64,000 nucleotides of DNA from a virus. The notes below the pieces were generated by a model, which saw only the letters and a list, made by a program, of their open reading frames with translations, did no database searches and was not told the origin of the DNA. This document shows, piece after piece, positions 30,482 through 39,649 of the stretch; the first letter of the stretch is position 1; each line of letters opens with the position of its first letter. The DNA is taken from IMG/VR virus record IMGVR_UViG_3300032046_006283, positions 9,125 to 73,124 of that record; one strand, given 5' to 3'. The translations under genes were made by a program, and so were the position numbers.

Positions 30482-31406
30482 TTATATTAATTGCCTCTTT
30501 AACTATTTCCTCATCAACACTTTCCTCTTTAGCTATCTTTAATACTAAACTTTTAACATCTTGTCTTTCTAAATTTCCTGTTCTTTCGGAAAGTGTTTTC
30601 ATAAATTCTAAAATTCTTCCTGACATTTCAGAACCTAACTTAGTAGCATTCTTAAATACTTTCTCGGAAGGTTCAGCACATTTTAACGGAACAATTTCAT
30701 AATCAATATCTTTCTCTATATCTAAAATAACAACAGATGGTAACCATTTTCTTTCTATATTTTCTACTCTTCCTAATGACCCTGGATTTATAAACAATGT
30801 ATTGTTTATCTTTTGAGGTTCCCATCCAGGATGAAAATGAGCTGAAAGGAAAATATCTGCCTCAGTTTTTATATCCTTTATTAAAGTATATTCATCAAAA
30901 AAAAGTTTATCAACTACCATTCCATGTGCTACTTCTATTAAAACATCACTTGGATTGTCTTTCTTTACAAAATAGTTTTTAGGATTTGAATCAAGGTTAT
31001 AAGAATGATGCGCTCCTTTTACAACTACATTTCTTCCTAAACTTTCTCCTACAATAGTTCCTTTCTCTTTATTTAATATACAAGTTACACCAGAAGTTTC
31101 TAAAACACCTAATGCAGTTCTATACAAAGTATCATAGTTATAGCCGATAATTTCGTGAGATCCAAGGACTGAAAAAATTGAGGCATTCCAACTTTTGAAT
31201 ATTCCCATAATTTCATTAACTAAAGACAGCGAAGGACAAGGTGAATGGAAAAGGTCACCCCCATTCAAAACGGCAGCTATTTTATTATTTCTAATTAACT
31301 GTCCAATTTCTTGTAGTTTATTTTGTAAAGTTTTAGGATAATCATCTATACGACTGCAAGGATTATTTCCTCTATAATGGAGATCTGTAAAAAACAATAT
31401 CTTCAT
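30456..31406 (-). CDS. Mre11/SbcD-like nuclease
   Basis: FTDLH, GGDLFH, GSHE, AHG, HFH, NPGSLGR. Confidence 0.85.
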   Translation of the reverse strand: MKILFFTDLHYRGNNPCSRIDDYPKTLQNKLQEIGQLIRNNKIAAVLNGGDLFHSPCPSLSLVNEIMGIFKSWNASIFSVLGSHEIIGYNYDTLYRTALGVLETSGVTCILNKEKGTIVGESLGRNVVVKGAHHSYNLDSNPKNYFVKKDNPSDVLIEVAHGMVVDKLFFDEYTLIKDIKTEADIFLSAHFHPGWEPQKINNTLFINPGSLGRVENIERKWLPSVVILDIEKDIDYEIVPLKCAEPSEKVFKNATKLGSEMSGRILEFMKTLSERTGNLERQDVKSLVLKIAKEESVDEEIVKEAINIIDEAMVNE

Positions 31407-32026
31407 ACTTCCTCATATTCTAATTGAATATTTCCAAACGAATCCACATTTGTATTTAAGTCTTTACGACTTGCTAAAAAATCAGCCAAATAAACTATAA
31501 ATTCCAATTTTGTATATTTTTCTAAAGGTTTTTTTACAGATTCAGGAGACCAAGGGCCCATATGATATCTAATCAAAGTAAAAATTTCTTGTTGCCACGG
31601 TTCTAATTTATCACCTGCATATCCTTTATAATATTTTTCAACTAATATAGGATGGTTTACATAATCCTCATAACTACCTTTTCCTTTTCCACCTTTACAC
31701 CCATCGTGTAAAATACAAGCTGCAATAACATTGTCTCGTGTTTCATCATTAATTTCATTTCCAAAAGCACTTATAAATTTCAAAGCAAACCACACTACTC
31801 TTTTCGTATGAATAAGCAATCCTGAAGTTGAAAGAGCACAAGCTGGATGATACTTTCCAGTGCTTGATGCAGGTTGCGTCCAGAAATATTCTGGAAAAAT
31901 ATCTAATGTTTCTTTAACCCATTTACGAGTTTCGTTGTTTTTAATTAATGCTAAAGTCTTTTCAAATACTTGTTTTTTACTTTTTTCCGATAATACTTTC
32001 ATTTTACTTTCTCCCAAATTAAACAA
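31403..32026 (-). CDS. HD-domain phosphohydrolase
   Basis: PASSTGKYH, GLLIHT, ILHD, HMG, LADFLAS. Confidence 0.8.
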   Translation of the reverse strand: MFNLGESKMKVLSEKSKKQVFEKTLALIKNNETRKWVKETLDIFPEYFWTQPASSTGKYHPACALSTSGLLIHTKRVVWFALKFISAFGNEINDETRDNVIAACILHDGCKGGKGKGSYEDYVNHPILVEKYYKGYAGDKLEPWQQEIFTLIRYHMGPWSPESVKKPLEKYTKLEFIVYLADFLASRKDLNTNVDSFGNIQLEYEEV

Positions 32027-32571
32027 ACACGAAACCTATGATTTGTACTACGTATAATACCAATGGTACCTACTAAACGTAATTCTTCTTTTCTATACAT
32101 AGGATATGCTTGGTCAAGCCAAACTAAAAAACCTCCAGGTTTCAATATTTTATAACATTCTTTAACAACTTTATTACGTTTAATTAAAGGAGTTCCATAA
32201 TGTAAAGCATCTTCTTCAGAATAAGGAGGATCTGCAACAATTAAATCAATAGAATTAGATTCAAAATATTTAGATAATTCATGAGCATCTCCTACAATAT
32301 CAGGATTCAAATCTTGATTTATATCAAATCGAATCCCTTTTACATCTTCAGAAAGACTTCCACTAAATAAATGAACAATTTTTTCACAATCAGGAAACAT
32401 ACACATAACTCTTTTTAAAAAAGTAGGTGGATATTCTCCATAAAATTTATTTTTAGATTGATAATTATTACCTATCATCCATACTCCATAAAGCCATCTG
32501 CCGGATACTACCAAAGGAGGATATTTAGGAAAACACTCGCTATACAATTTTGTTCTATCAAATAAATTCAT
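31999..32571 (-). CDS. Amino-methyltransferase (DPPY type), probable DNA adenine MTase
   Basis: HLFSG, FD, GDA, ADPPY, LKPGG. Confidence 0.75.
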   Translation of the reverse strand: MNLFDRTKLYSECFPKYPPLVVSGRWLYGVWMIGNNYQSKNKFYGEYPPTFLKRVMCMFPDCEKIVHLFSGSLSEDVKGIRFDINQDLNPDIVGDAHELSKYFESNSIDLIVADPPYSEEDALHYGTPLIKRNKVVKECYKILKPGGFLVWLDQAYPMYRKEELRLVGTIGIIRSTNHRFRVCLIWEKVK

Positions 32572-32756
32572 TTTACTCCTTATATTATGCTACATCCACA
32601 ATTTTCGCAACTATATTCATCTCCAGCTTCTATCCTTCTAAAGGCATCTCTTCACAATCTTCATCCTCATAACCTGCTTGTTCTGCACACTCAAAACTAC
32701 AAAAATAATGTTCAAAATCTGCTTCGCCAGCATCAACTGCATCGTAATCTGTTGCT

Positions 32757-33125
32757 CTAATTAACATTTTCTATTCCTCCTTCAATAATTTTTTTCCTCT
32801 CTTCATTTGACATTAAAACAAAATCTTTTAAACTATATTTGGGTTTATCTTGAATTCCTGCTTTCTCTCTTTCTTTAAATTTTTGATAAGCTCTCTCTTC
32901 AGATGTTTCTTTCACTTTATCAAGAATTTCCCATTGCAGAATTCCTATGTCTGATCTACAATGTCTACATCGGGTATTTCCGAAGCGCCCTTTTGGAAGA
33001 TTCTGTCTAACATCGTTATAGTTTCCACACTCATCACACTCAATTCTTAACCAATAATATATGTGATTTTTACCTTTCAATTTTACTCCTCCTTTTTTCT
33101 TATCTTTAATCCCACCATAATTCAA
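32757..33125 (-). CDS. Hypothetical zinc-ribbon protein
   Basis: CDEC...CRHC. Confidence 0.5.
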   Translation of the reverse strand: MNYGGIKDKKKGGVKLKGKNHIYYWLRIECDECGNYNDVRQNLPKGRFGNTRCRHCRSDIGILQWEILDKVKETSEERAYQKFKEREKAGIQDKPKYSLKDFVLMSNEERKKIIEGGIENVN

Positions 33126-33441
33126 AATAAATATGATGTTCCTTTATTGAAGTCCCTGAGTTTAACTCTACTTTATCTGCACCATAATCTGATACCCTCA
33201 TTCCAAGTCGGATCATTCCTATTGCATTAAATCTTGAAACATCAAATCCTAAAACAACTCTATCATTATGAACAGGATTCCCTCCCGACTTAACATAAAA
33301 CAACCCATATTCAGAACACAATTCGTCCAAATCATTTTTTAATGAATTATAACAAAACACGCGATCATCTCCACCAGTCAACTTTTCTAACTCCTTCATT
33401 AACTCTTCTTTTTCTTCATAAGAAAGTTCTCGATAAGACAT
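33106..33441 (-). CDS. Hypothetical protein ending in LWWD
   Basis: ORF within an operon. Confidence 0.5.
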   Translation of the reverse strand: MSYRELSYEEKEELMKELEKLTGGDDRVFCYNSLKNDLDELCSEYGLFYVKSGGNPVHNDRVVLGFDVSRFNAIGMIRLGMRVSDYGADKVELNSGTSIKEHHIYFELWWD

Positions 33442-33444
33442 TTC

Positions 33445-34584
33445 TTATTCCTCCACTATTTTATTTATAACACTTTCGGATATTGGTTGTTCACAAATAG
33501 GACATATTTTTAAATTTTCTAAAAATAATTTTAATTCATTAGCTTTTGTTTTAACGCTTTTATCTAATTTCTCAATATCAGTTTCACATTTTGTTATCTC
33601 GTTAAAAACCTCTAATTGGTTTTCTAAATCAAAAGCTTTTTCTAAAAGTTTTAAATTAATCTCAATAGGTTCAAAACTAATTTCTTGGTCAACTAAAGTT
33701 TTTAAACGTTTTACTTCCTCTTGCAATATTTTTTCTTCAGCATTAACATTATTAAAACTAACACTCAAATTATTTATTTTCTGAAACAAAACAAAAGCTT
33801 TCTCAACATTTTCAAGAGAAATAGTATCAACTATTTTTAATTTTTCATAGTCCTCTTTTGTTTTCTTACCTTGCTTTACTACCTCTTTTAAATCAAGTTC
33901 TAAAGCTTGCAATTTTTCTAACAACAAAATATTTTTATCAACTTTCTCTAATCTTTGTTTTAGATCTTGTAATTCTTCTTCACACTTTTGAATATCAATA
34001 AATTCAGATATTTCTTTTTCTAAATTTTCAGCTACTTCAGTATTACCCTTAATTTCTGTAGACAATTGTCTTATATGCTTATTTACTTGAATAATAGCAC
34101 GATCTAAAATATCTACTCCAGAAAGCATTCCTAATACTTTAGCTTTTAAAGATGGAGGAGAATTCAATAAAAAGGGACCATCAAGTTGGTCTGCAAAGTT
34201 CAAGTCTAATCGAATAGTTTCAAAATCAATTTCAGGTATTTTAAATACTTGAGTAATTTCAACAGGTATTTCTCTACCAAATTTTCCAAAAGTTGAATTG
34301 TTTAAAATATATTCATTTGTCTTAGTTTCTCCTTTTGAAACAATTACTCTGCGTCCAATTTCATTATCATCATCTGTTACAACACTAATAACACATTCAT
34401 TTTCATCTACATTTACAAAATTATTCCCGTCAGGAGTGTTTCTTATTATCTTCTTTAAAGCCCTTAGAATAGATGACTTTCCTGTGTTTGTAGGACCTAC
34501 AATAATATTTAGTCCCCCCACGAATTCCAAAACTGTATTTTTATGAGATTGAAAATTTTTAATTTTTAATTTTTTTATTTGCAT
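33445..34584 (-). CDS. Rad50/SbcC N-terminal half, ending at the zinc hook
   Basis: IKNFQSH, Walker A GPTNTGKS, Q-loop, coiled coil, CPIC near the C-terminus. Confidence 0.85.
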   Translation of the reverse strand: MQIKKLKIKNFQSHKNTVLEFVGGLNIIVGPTNTGKSSILRALKKIIRNTPDGNNFVNVDENECVISVVTDDDNEIGRRVIVSKGETKTNEYILNNSTFGKFGREIPVEITQVFKIPEIDFETIRLDLNFADQLDGPFLLNSPPSLKAKVLGMLSGVDILDRAIIQVNKHIRQLSTEIKGNTEVAENLEKEISEFIDIQKCEEELQDLKQRLEKVDKNILLLEKLQALELDLKEVVKQGKKTKEDYEKLKIVDTISLENVEKAFVLFQKINNLSVSFNNVNAEEKILQEEVKRLKTLVDQEISFEPIEINLKLLEKAFDLENQLEVFNEITKCETDIEKLDKSVKTKANELKLFLENLKICPICEQPISESVINKIVEE

Positions 34585-34870
34585 TTTTGTTTTTCTTTTT
34601 CGGTAGTTCTATATTTACAAATGAATACATCTTACCATCTACAACGTGCATACTTAATGTAATAGTATAATTTCTATAACCATTATTATACAAAAGATCA
34701 TGCAACCGTTTCATTTCACCATTTAAAAGAAGATCACATTGAATATACATTTCATGACCACATGAACTACAAGTATTAAAACCATTATCGCGTAATAATT
34801 TAACTATCGATCTAATTGGTTTTTCTATATATTCATCATACCAATTCATTATTTTTATTCTCCTAACCAA
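34559..34870 (-). CDS. Hypothetical protein with a TxSSCGH motif
   Basis: IRSIVKLLRDNGFNTCSSCGH. Confidence 0.5.
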   Translation of the reverse strand: MVRRIKIMNWYDEYIEKPIRSIVKLLRDNGFNTCSSCGHEMYIQCDLLLNGEMKRLHDLLYNNGYRNYTITLSMHVVDGKMYSFVNIELPKKKNKNANKKIKN

Positions 34871-35144
34871 GCTTCTGTATTAAACGTTCAATTTTACTTT
34901 CTTCTTGAAATAATTTCTTTTTAATTTTTTCAAGCTCTTTAATTTTATTCTTCTTTTCCTTAATAGTATTCTCTAATTTTTGAGTCATCTTCAACATCTC
35001 AGATATCAAAATTTCTCTTTCTTTTTCTAACCTTCTCACGTTAGCTTCTAAATTCTCTAATTTACTTGGAAACAATGACATTCTATTTTCCTCCTTTAAT
35101 TTTTTTCTTCGGTGGTTTGCAAAACCACGGCATTGCTCTATCAT
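34863..35144 (-). CDS. Small coiled-coil protein (start probably near 35081)
   Basis: GGAGG RBS upstream of the internal Met (MSLFPSK). Confidence 0.45.
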   Translation of the reverse strand: MIEQCRGFANHRRKKLKEENRMSLFPSKLENLEANVRRLEKEREILISEMLKMTQKLENTIKEKKNKIKELEKIKKKLFQEESKIERLIQKLG

Positions 35145-36024
35145 AAGTAAAAAATGGAACTATTGCTCCAACAGGATATTTTTTAGCATATCTTTTACAA
35201 ACTTCATAATAATCAGATAAAGGTATTCCAAGCCATTTACCTTCGTTCCACAGTTCATTCAATTTTGTACCTTTCGCAGGGCGACAATACATTGCATGCA
35301 CTTGAATAACATTTGGTAAAGATAAAGAAAGTTTAATAGACTCTTCAAATTCTTTTTTCGCAGTTTCATTATCAGAAACATAAGGCTTTGCTAATATATA
35401 AATAACATATTTAAAATTATCATTTTTACTTACTACTTCTTTAACCTTTTCAAAATTGAATCCTTTATTAATTTCTTTGCTCCTATTTGGAAATACCGTC
35501 TCTAATCCTATACAAACTTCCATTTCAATTTCTGGTTTTTCATCCGGAATAAATTCTGGACGTGATTCTACTCTTAGTTTCTCTACTCCATTTTGTTTTA
35601 AATACTTAACAATATCTTTCCAAGAAACTTGTAATTGTTCAAAATCAAAAAATGATCCAGAGTTAAAAATTTTAAACCAAGGAGGAAAACCTCCATATTT
35701 TATTTTATAATCATCTAATTGTTCCCAAACATTTAATGCTGTAGTAGTTAAATCAGTACCTTTTTCAAAACCACAAAAACAACATTTTCGCCAACTGCAA
35801 GGTCTTACAGTTAAACAAATTGTTTGTATATCTGTCCAAACTGGCTTTATATATTTAGACACCTTTTGAACTTTCAACACTTCAACTTTATCTGTTTCAT
35901 GCCCTGCTTTTTTCAATCCTTCCATGAGTACTTCTGTTACGTGAATTTCATCTATTGCTTCTAATCTAATCCACGCAAGATTCCCTTTATAATTAATATT
36001 CACAGCAAACATAGACATAACCAT
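35083..36024 (-). CDS. Radical SAM protein, RaSEA (archaeosine synthesis)-like
   Basis: CSWRKCCFC cluster motif, KIFNSGSFFD, VESRPEFI, EVCIGLET, INKG, YILAKP, GTxLxELW; these match the archaeal RaSEA family pattern. Confidence 0.75.
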   Translation of the reverse strand: MVMSMFAVNINYKGNLAWIRLEAIDEIHVTEVLMEGLKKAGHETDKVEVLKVQKVSKYIKPVWTDIQTICLTVRPCSWRKCCFCGFEKGTDLTTTALNVWEQLDDYKIKYGGFPPWFKIFNSGSFFDFEQLQVSWKDIVKYLKQNGVEKLRVESRPEFIPDEKPEIEMEVCIGLETVFPNRSKEINKGFNFEKVKEVVSKNDNFKYVIYILAKPYVSDNETAKKEFEESIKLSLSLPNVIQVHAMYCRPAKGTKLNELWNEGKWLGIPLSDYYEVCKRYAKKYPVGAIVPFFTYDRAMPWFCKPPKKKIKGGK

Positions 36025-36077
36025 ATTTCCTCCTTATTAACTCAATGAATATAAAACTGATATATTTCATCTTCCTC

Positions 36078-36092
36078 TATATTATACACAAA
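36078..36092 (-). promoter_or_regulatory. Putative promoter motif TTTGTGTATAATATA
   Basis: Identical 15-mer at 43253-43267; both are intergenic, contain TATAAT and precede an RBS. Confidence 0.55.
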
Positions 36093-36094
36093 CT

Positions 36095-36898
36095 TTATAT
36101 TATATCTTTTGTTTTTTCAGCTTCAGTTAATATATCTATATCACACAATTTAATAATTTCAAGAAAAGGTACATATCTATGAAAATTTCTAAACACTTCA
36201 TATTTATTAATTGAAAAATATTGTTTGCATCGTAAATACACTTGCCACAAATCTGGATAACTATTTGTATAAGATAAAACAAAAGGATCATTCCAAAATT
36301 CTTCTGGAACAACTCCTATTGTAGTTATTACTACTTTATGATAATCTTCTAAAGGATATGGAAAAATATTATTCACTACACTTCCATAAATTTCTTGATG
36401 TGTTTTAGAAACATTATAAGGTCTCTTAGCAGAACAAGGTAATAACAAGCACTTCTTTTTATCAGTTTTAAAATTGCACATTTTATCTAACAATTCACGA
36501 ACATAAGACCTATTATAAGAATGGAAACTTGACATTACAGTTTTATTTGTTAATTTATCTTTAGTAATACCGCTTAAATCCGCTTGCATTAAAATATCAG
36601 AACATATAGGTGTAAATGACGCAAACATTTCTATTAAATCTCTTAGACAATTATTTTCTTGTGCTCGTTTTATCCATTCCAAAATCTCTTCAATAGAATA
36701 AATTGTCCACAATCCATAATCAATGTCTTTCCTGATAGTTTCTCTTTCAACATCATGGCCAAAATAAATTAAAAATGGCACTTGACTTAATGGTGCATTT
36801 TTTATTAACCATCTTTCTTTACGCCCGCGCGAAGCAAAAGAGCGTAAAGCAGTTCCATTATAGGTAAATGGATACTTTTTAAAATCTACTATATTCAT
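36095..36898 (-). CDS. ArcS-like (DUF5591) archaeosine synthase domain protein
   Basis: LLLPCSAKRPYxxSKTH, VITTIGVVPEE and Y-P motifs of the ArcS core; adjacent to the RaSEA-like gene. Confidence 0.75.
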   Translation of the reverse strand: MNIVDFKKYPFTYNGTALRSFASRGRKERWLIKNAPLSQVPFLIYFGHDVERETIRKDIDYGLWTIYSIEEILEWIKRAQENNCLRDLIEMFASFTPICSDILMQADLSGITKDKLTNKTVMSSFHSYNRSYVRELLDKMCNFKTDKKKCLLLPCSAKRPYNVSKTHQEIYGSVVNNIFPYPLEDYHKVVITTIGVVPEEFWNDPFVLSYTNSYPDLWQVYLRCKQYFSINKYEVFRNFHRYVPFLEIIKLCDIDILTEAEKTKDII

Positions 36899-37020
36899 TA
36901 GATTCCTTTAAATTATAAAGGGAGATGTAGGAGTAGGACGATATATTAATTATTTCAATATTAATTATTTCAATTACTTTTTTATTAATTCTTTCATCAA
37001 TTTTTCCAAACATCTCCCTC
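36899..37020 (-). promoter_or_regulatory. Structured 5' leader of the arcS-like gene: 10-bp inverted repeat and a competing RBS hairpin
   Basis: agggagatgt (36919-36928) / acatctccct (37010-37019); CCTTTA-TAATT-TAAAGG hairpin over the AAGGA SD; 15-bp direct repeat at 36943-36974. Confidence 0.45.
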
Positions 37021-37039
37021 TCAAATAAAAACCTTAAAG

Positions 37040-37522
37040 TTAAAAGTCAATATCATCATCCACAGCCTTAGGCTTTACTTTCGGCTTCTCTTCTTTCTTT
37101 TCCTCTTTCTTTGGTTCTGCAGTTTGTGTAGCTTTCTTTAAAGCAGATAACTCTTCTGCCTTTAAAGCTCTGCACTTTACAACGTTACAATAAGTCTGTG
37201 TTTTTCCTTCTTTCTCTTCAACCAAAATACGACATACCTTTCCAACAAGAGAATCAAAAGTAAACGTAGCACCTATTTCTAATTCAAAAGAAGAATCTAA
37301 AGCCTTAATCCAAGTTGACGTCTTATTATCTGGAGTCACCTTTTTACTGGTAATACCAGTAACTTTCTTACCTTCATTATCAGGATCATTTAAGACTTCA
37401 AAAGTAAATTGCACAAGAGGACTAAATTGTCCTTCTTTCTCATTTACATCAAATAACTTCGCAGTAAAAGATCCTTCGGTTTCCAAATAATCATTCTTCT
37501 CAACTTCCCCTTTAATCACCAC
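37040..37522 (-). CDS. Probable single-stranded DNA-binding protein
   Basis: OB-fold-like beta pattern, low-complexity linker, acidic tail DDDIDF; near recA. Confidence 0.65.
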   Translation of the reverse strand: MVIKGEVEKNDYLETEGSFTAKLFDVNEKEGQFSPLVQFTFEVLNDPDNEGKKVTGITSKKVTPDNKTSTWIKALDSSFELEIGATFTFDSLVGKVCRILVEEKEGKTQTYCNVVKCRALKAEELSALKKATQTAEPKKEEKKEEKPKVKPKAVDDDIDF

Positions 37523-37557
37523 TATTGTTCACCTCCTTAATTTTTTAATTTTATAGT

Positions 37558-38139
37558 TTAAAAATTATCATCATATTTTTTGCCAATTACTTTTCGTTGA
37601 ATTTCTCCTATCTCTATTTGTGTTTGTATTACTGTTAATTGTCTTGATATGTTTTTATCTGTTTTTTCAAATCCTTTCAACTTTTCACGGCAAATTTCAG
37701 TATGCGCTTTCGCATCATTTAATGCTTTTTCAGCAAAAAACTTTAACTTTCCAATATCTTCAATTTTTTCTTCTGCAGCTGCTTGTCTTAAATTTTGATT
37801 TGAAAGAGCAGCTACATCTTCAGATCTGAGTTGAATTCTTAGATATTTCTCATAAAACATTTTTGTATCATTAAATAAAGAATTAAACTTATTTTCATTT
37901 GCAATTGCATTCATTACAATAGTAACAATACGCTCCATATAACTATTAATTGCAGCTATTTTCGCATTCAATTTATCTAAACCAACAGAACTAGGGTCTG
38001 GGTCTAATGCAATAATATAATTATCTAATTCTTTTTCTATTTCAGAATAATCTAAAGGTTCTGTATTCTCAAATTTCTCTTGTAATGTTTCTAATTTTGC
38101 AAACCAAGGAATATTTTCAACCTTACTTTGAATTGCCAT
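37558..38139 (-). CDS. Helical protein, possible recombination mediator
   Basis: Coiled coil between recA and ssb; function inferred from position only. Confidence 0.4.
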   Translation of the reverse strand: MAIQSKVENIPWFAKLETLQEKFENTEPLDYSEIEKELDNYIIALDPDPSSVGLDKLNAKIAAINSYMERIVTIVMNAIANENKFNSLFNDTKMFYEKYLRIQLRSEDVAALSNQNLRQAAAEEKIEDIGKLKFFAEKALNDAKAHTEICREKLKGFEKTDKNISRQLTVIQTQIEIGEIQRKVIGKKYDDNF

Positions 38140-38443
38140 CTGTTTTCTCCAATATTTTTTTCAAAGATAAATCTAATTCTTTATCTTTTTCTCTGGTCAT
38201 TTTTATATCTATATTAACAAGAGCCTTCACAGCTTGAAACATTTGATTATTAATTTCTTTTAACTTTTCTTTATCTTCCAGTTTATCTAAATCTAATTCA
38301 ATTTCTGCTTCTAAAATTGTAGGAAGAAAATCCCAAAAACTATAACTTAAAGAACTCGCAATTTTTCTTCCATATCCTTTTGTTATTTTAATAATTTTTA
38401 AAGCCATCTTAAAAATCCTCCTCTTTATTTTCTTGAATATCAC
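38123..38443 (-). CDS. Hypothetical protein
   Basis: ORF; probable start at the internal MALK. Confidence 0.5.
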   Translation of the reverse strand: MIFKKIKRRIFKMALKIIKITKGYGRKIASSLSYSFWDFLPTILEAEIELDLDKLEDKEKLKEINNQMFQAVKALVNIDIKMTREKDKELDLSLKKILEKTDGNSK

Positions 38444-39437
38444 TATTTCTCTTTTCCCAAATCTTAGTATAAACTAAATCATATGTTACAGGATCTTTTA
38501 ACAAAGACATAAATCCATCTTTACCATTTGCAGTAACTCTGTCATCATCAATAAGAGTATATTTAGGTCCTGACTTACGAATTACATTCCTACGTAATCC
38601 TTCTTCTAAAAGTAAAAGTTCAAAATTAACACCTTTTTCATAAAGAACAGGAAATTCACCTCTTCTTCTTGGAGGAGCTAACTTATTTTTTACAACACAA
38701 ACATCAATACTATGGCCCAAAAGAATGTCTCCTTTTTTAACATCTGACTTCATTACTTTCTTTACTTTATATCTTTGAGAAGCATAAAACTTTAAAGCTC
38801 TACCTCCAGGAGTCTTTTCAGGGTCGCCCCACATAACTCCAACTGCATCTCTTACTTGATTAACAAAAACTAAACAAGTTTCTGTTTTATTCAATTCAGG
38901 TGCAATTTTTCGTAACCCTTTACCCATTATACGTGCAAGAAGTGCCATTTGTTGATCTTCCATAGCACCTTCTATTTCTGCTTGAGGTACTAATCCAACA
39001 ACAGAATCAATAACTACATATGCAAATATATTACTTTGAACAAATTCTAAAGCCATATCAAAAGCTTCTTCAGCACTTACTTGACCTACTGCTTCGATCA
39101 TATTTGTATCTATTCCATAAATTTCCATCCACTCTTTTGGAGTGCCATACTCTAAATCAAAATAGACAGAAGGTTTATTATACTTCTTTTGTGCATTGCC
39201 CATTGCTTGAAGTGTTAACAAACTTTTACCACTGCTTTCTGGACCAAAAATTTCTATCATATTACCTTGAGGAAAACCTCCTATACCTGAAGCAATATCA
39301 ACAGTAATAATACCAGTTGAATAAGCATTCTTAGAAACTTTATCTAAATTTATTATTTTGTCTTTATATTTATTCTCCATGTATTTCTTAAACACTTTTG
39401 GATCTTTTGGAACTTCACCTTTACTACTTTTAGTCAT
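38409..39437 (-). CDS. recA: RecA recombinase
   Basis: GIGGFP, EIFGPESSGKS, VIDSV, ARxMxxxLRK, NQVR, TPGGRALKFYAS, KNK. Confidence 0.95.
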   Translation of the reverse strand: MTKSSKGEVPKDPKVFKKYMENKYKDKIINLDKVSKNAYSTGIITVDIASGIGGFPQGNMIEIFGPESSGKSLLTLQAMGNAQKKYNKPSVYFDLEYGTPKEWMEIYGIDTNMIEAVGQVSAEEAFDMALEFVQSNIFAYVVIDSVVGLVPQAEIEGAMEDQQMALLARIMGKGLRKIAPELNKTETCLVFVNQVRDAVGVMWGDPEKTPGGRALKFYASQRYKVKKVMKSDVKKGDILLGHSIDVCVVKNKLAPPRRRGEFPVLYEKGVNFELLLLEEGLRRNVIRKSGPKYTLIDDDRVTANGKDGFMSLLKDPVTYDLVYTKIWEKRNSDIQENKEEDF

Positions 39438-39646
39438 TCTTTATCTCCTTTCTTTATCTCTAAATCGAAAGATGTTTCATACATAGAGAAATTCACAATA
39501 GTGTAACCAACTATTTCTCCAGTATCCATATCCCTTCTTTGCACTGCTCCAGATTTATGATCATAACCAATAGCTGATTTGGGTTTATCGAAAGCAATAT
39601 AAAGAACATCTGAATCCTTATCATAGTCTAAGTGTAATATCTTCAT
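39434..39646 (-). CDS. DUF2283-like small protein
   Basis: YDKDSDVLYIAF...RRDxxTGEIVGYTI. Confidence 0.65.
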   Translation of the reverse strand: MKILHLDYDKDSDVLYIAFDKPKSAIGYDHKSGAVQRRDMDTGEIVGYTIVNFSMYETSFDLEIKKGDKE

Positions 39647-39649
39647 CTT

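Noticed and set aside
36899-37020. Canonical preQ1 riboswitch upstream of the arcS-like gene
   Set aside because: I could not find the preQ1-I stem-loop with its 3' A-rich pseudoknot tail; only the alternative helices are reported
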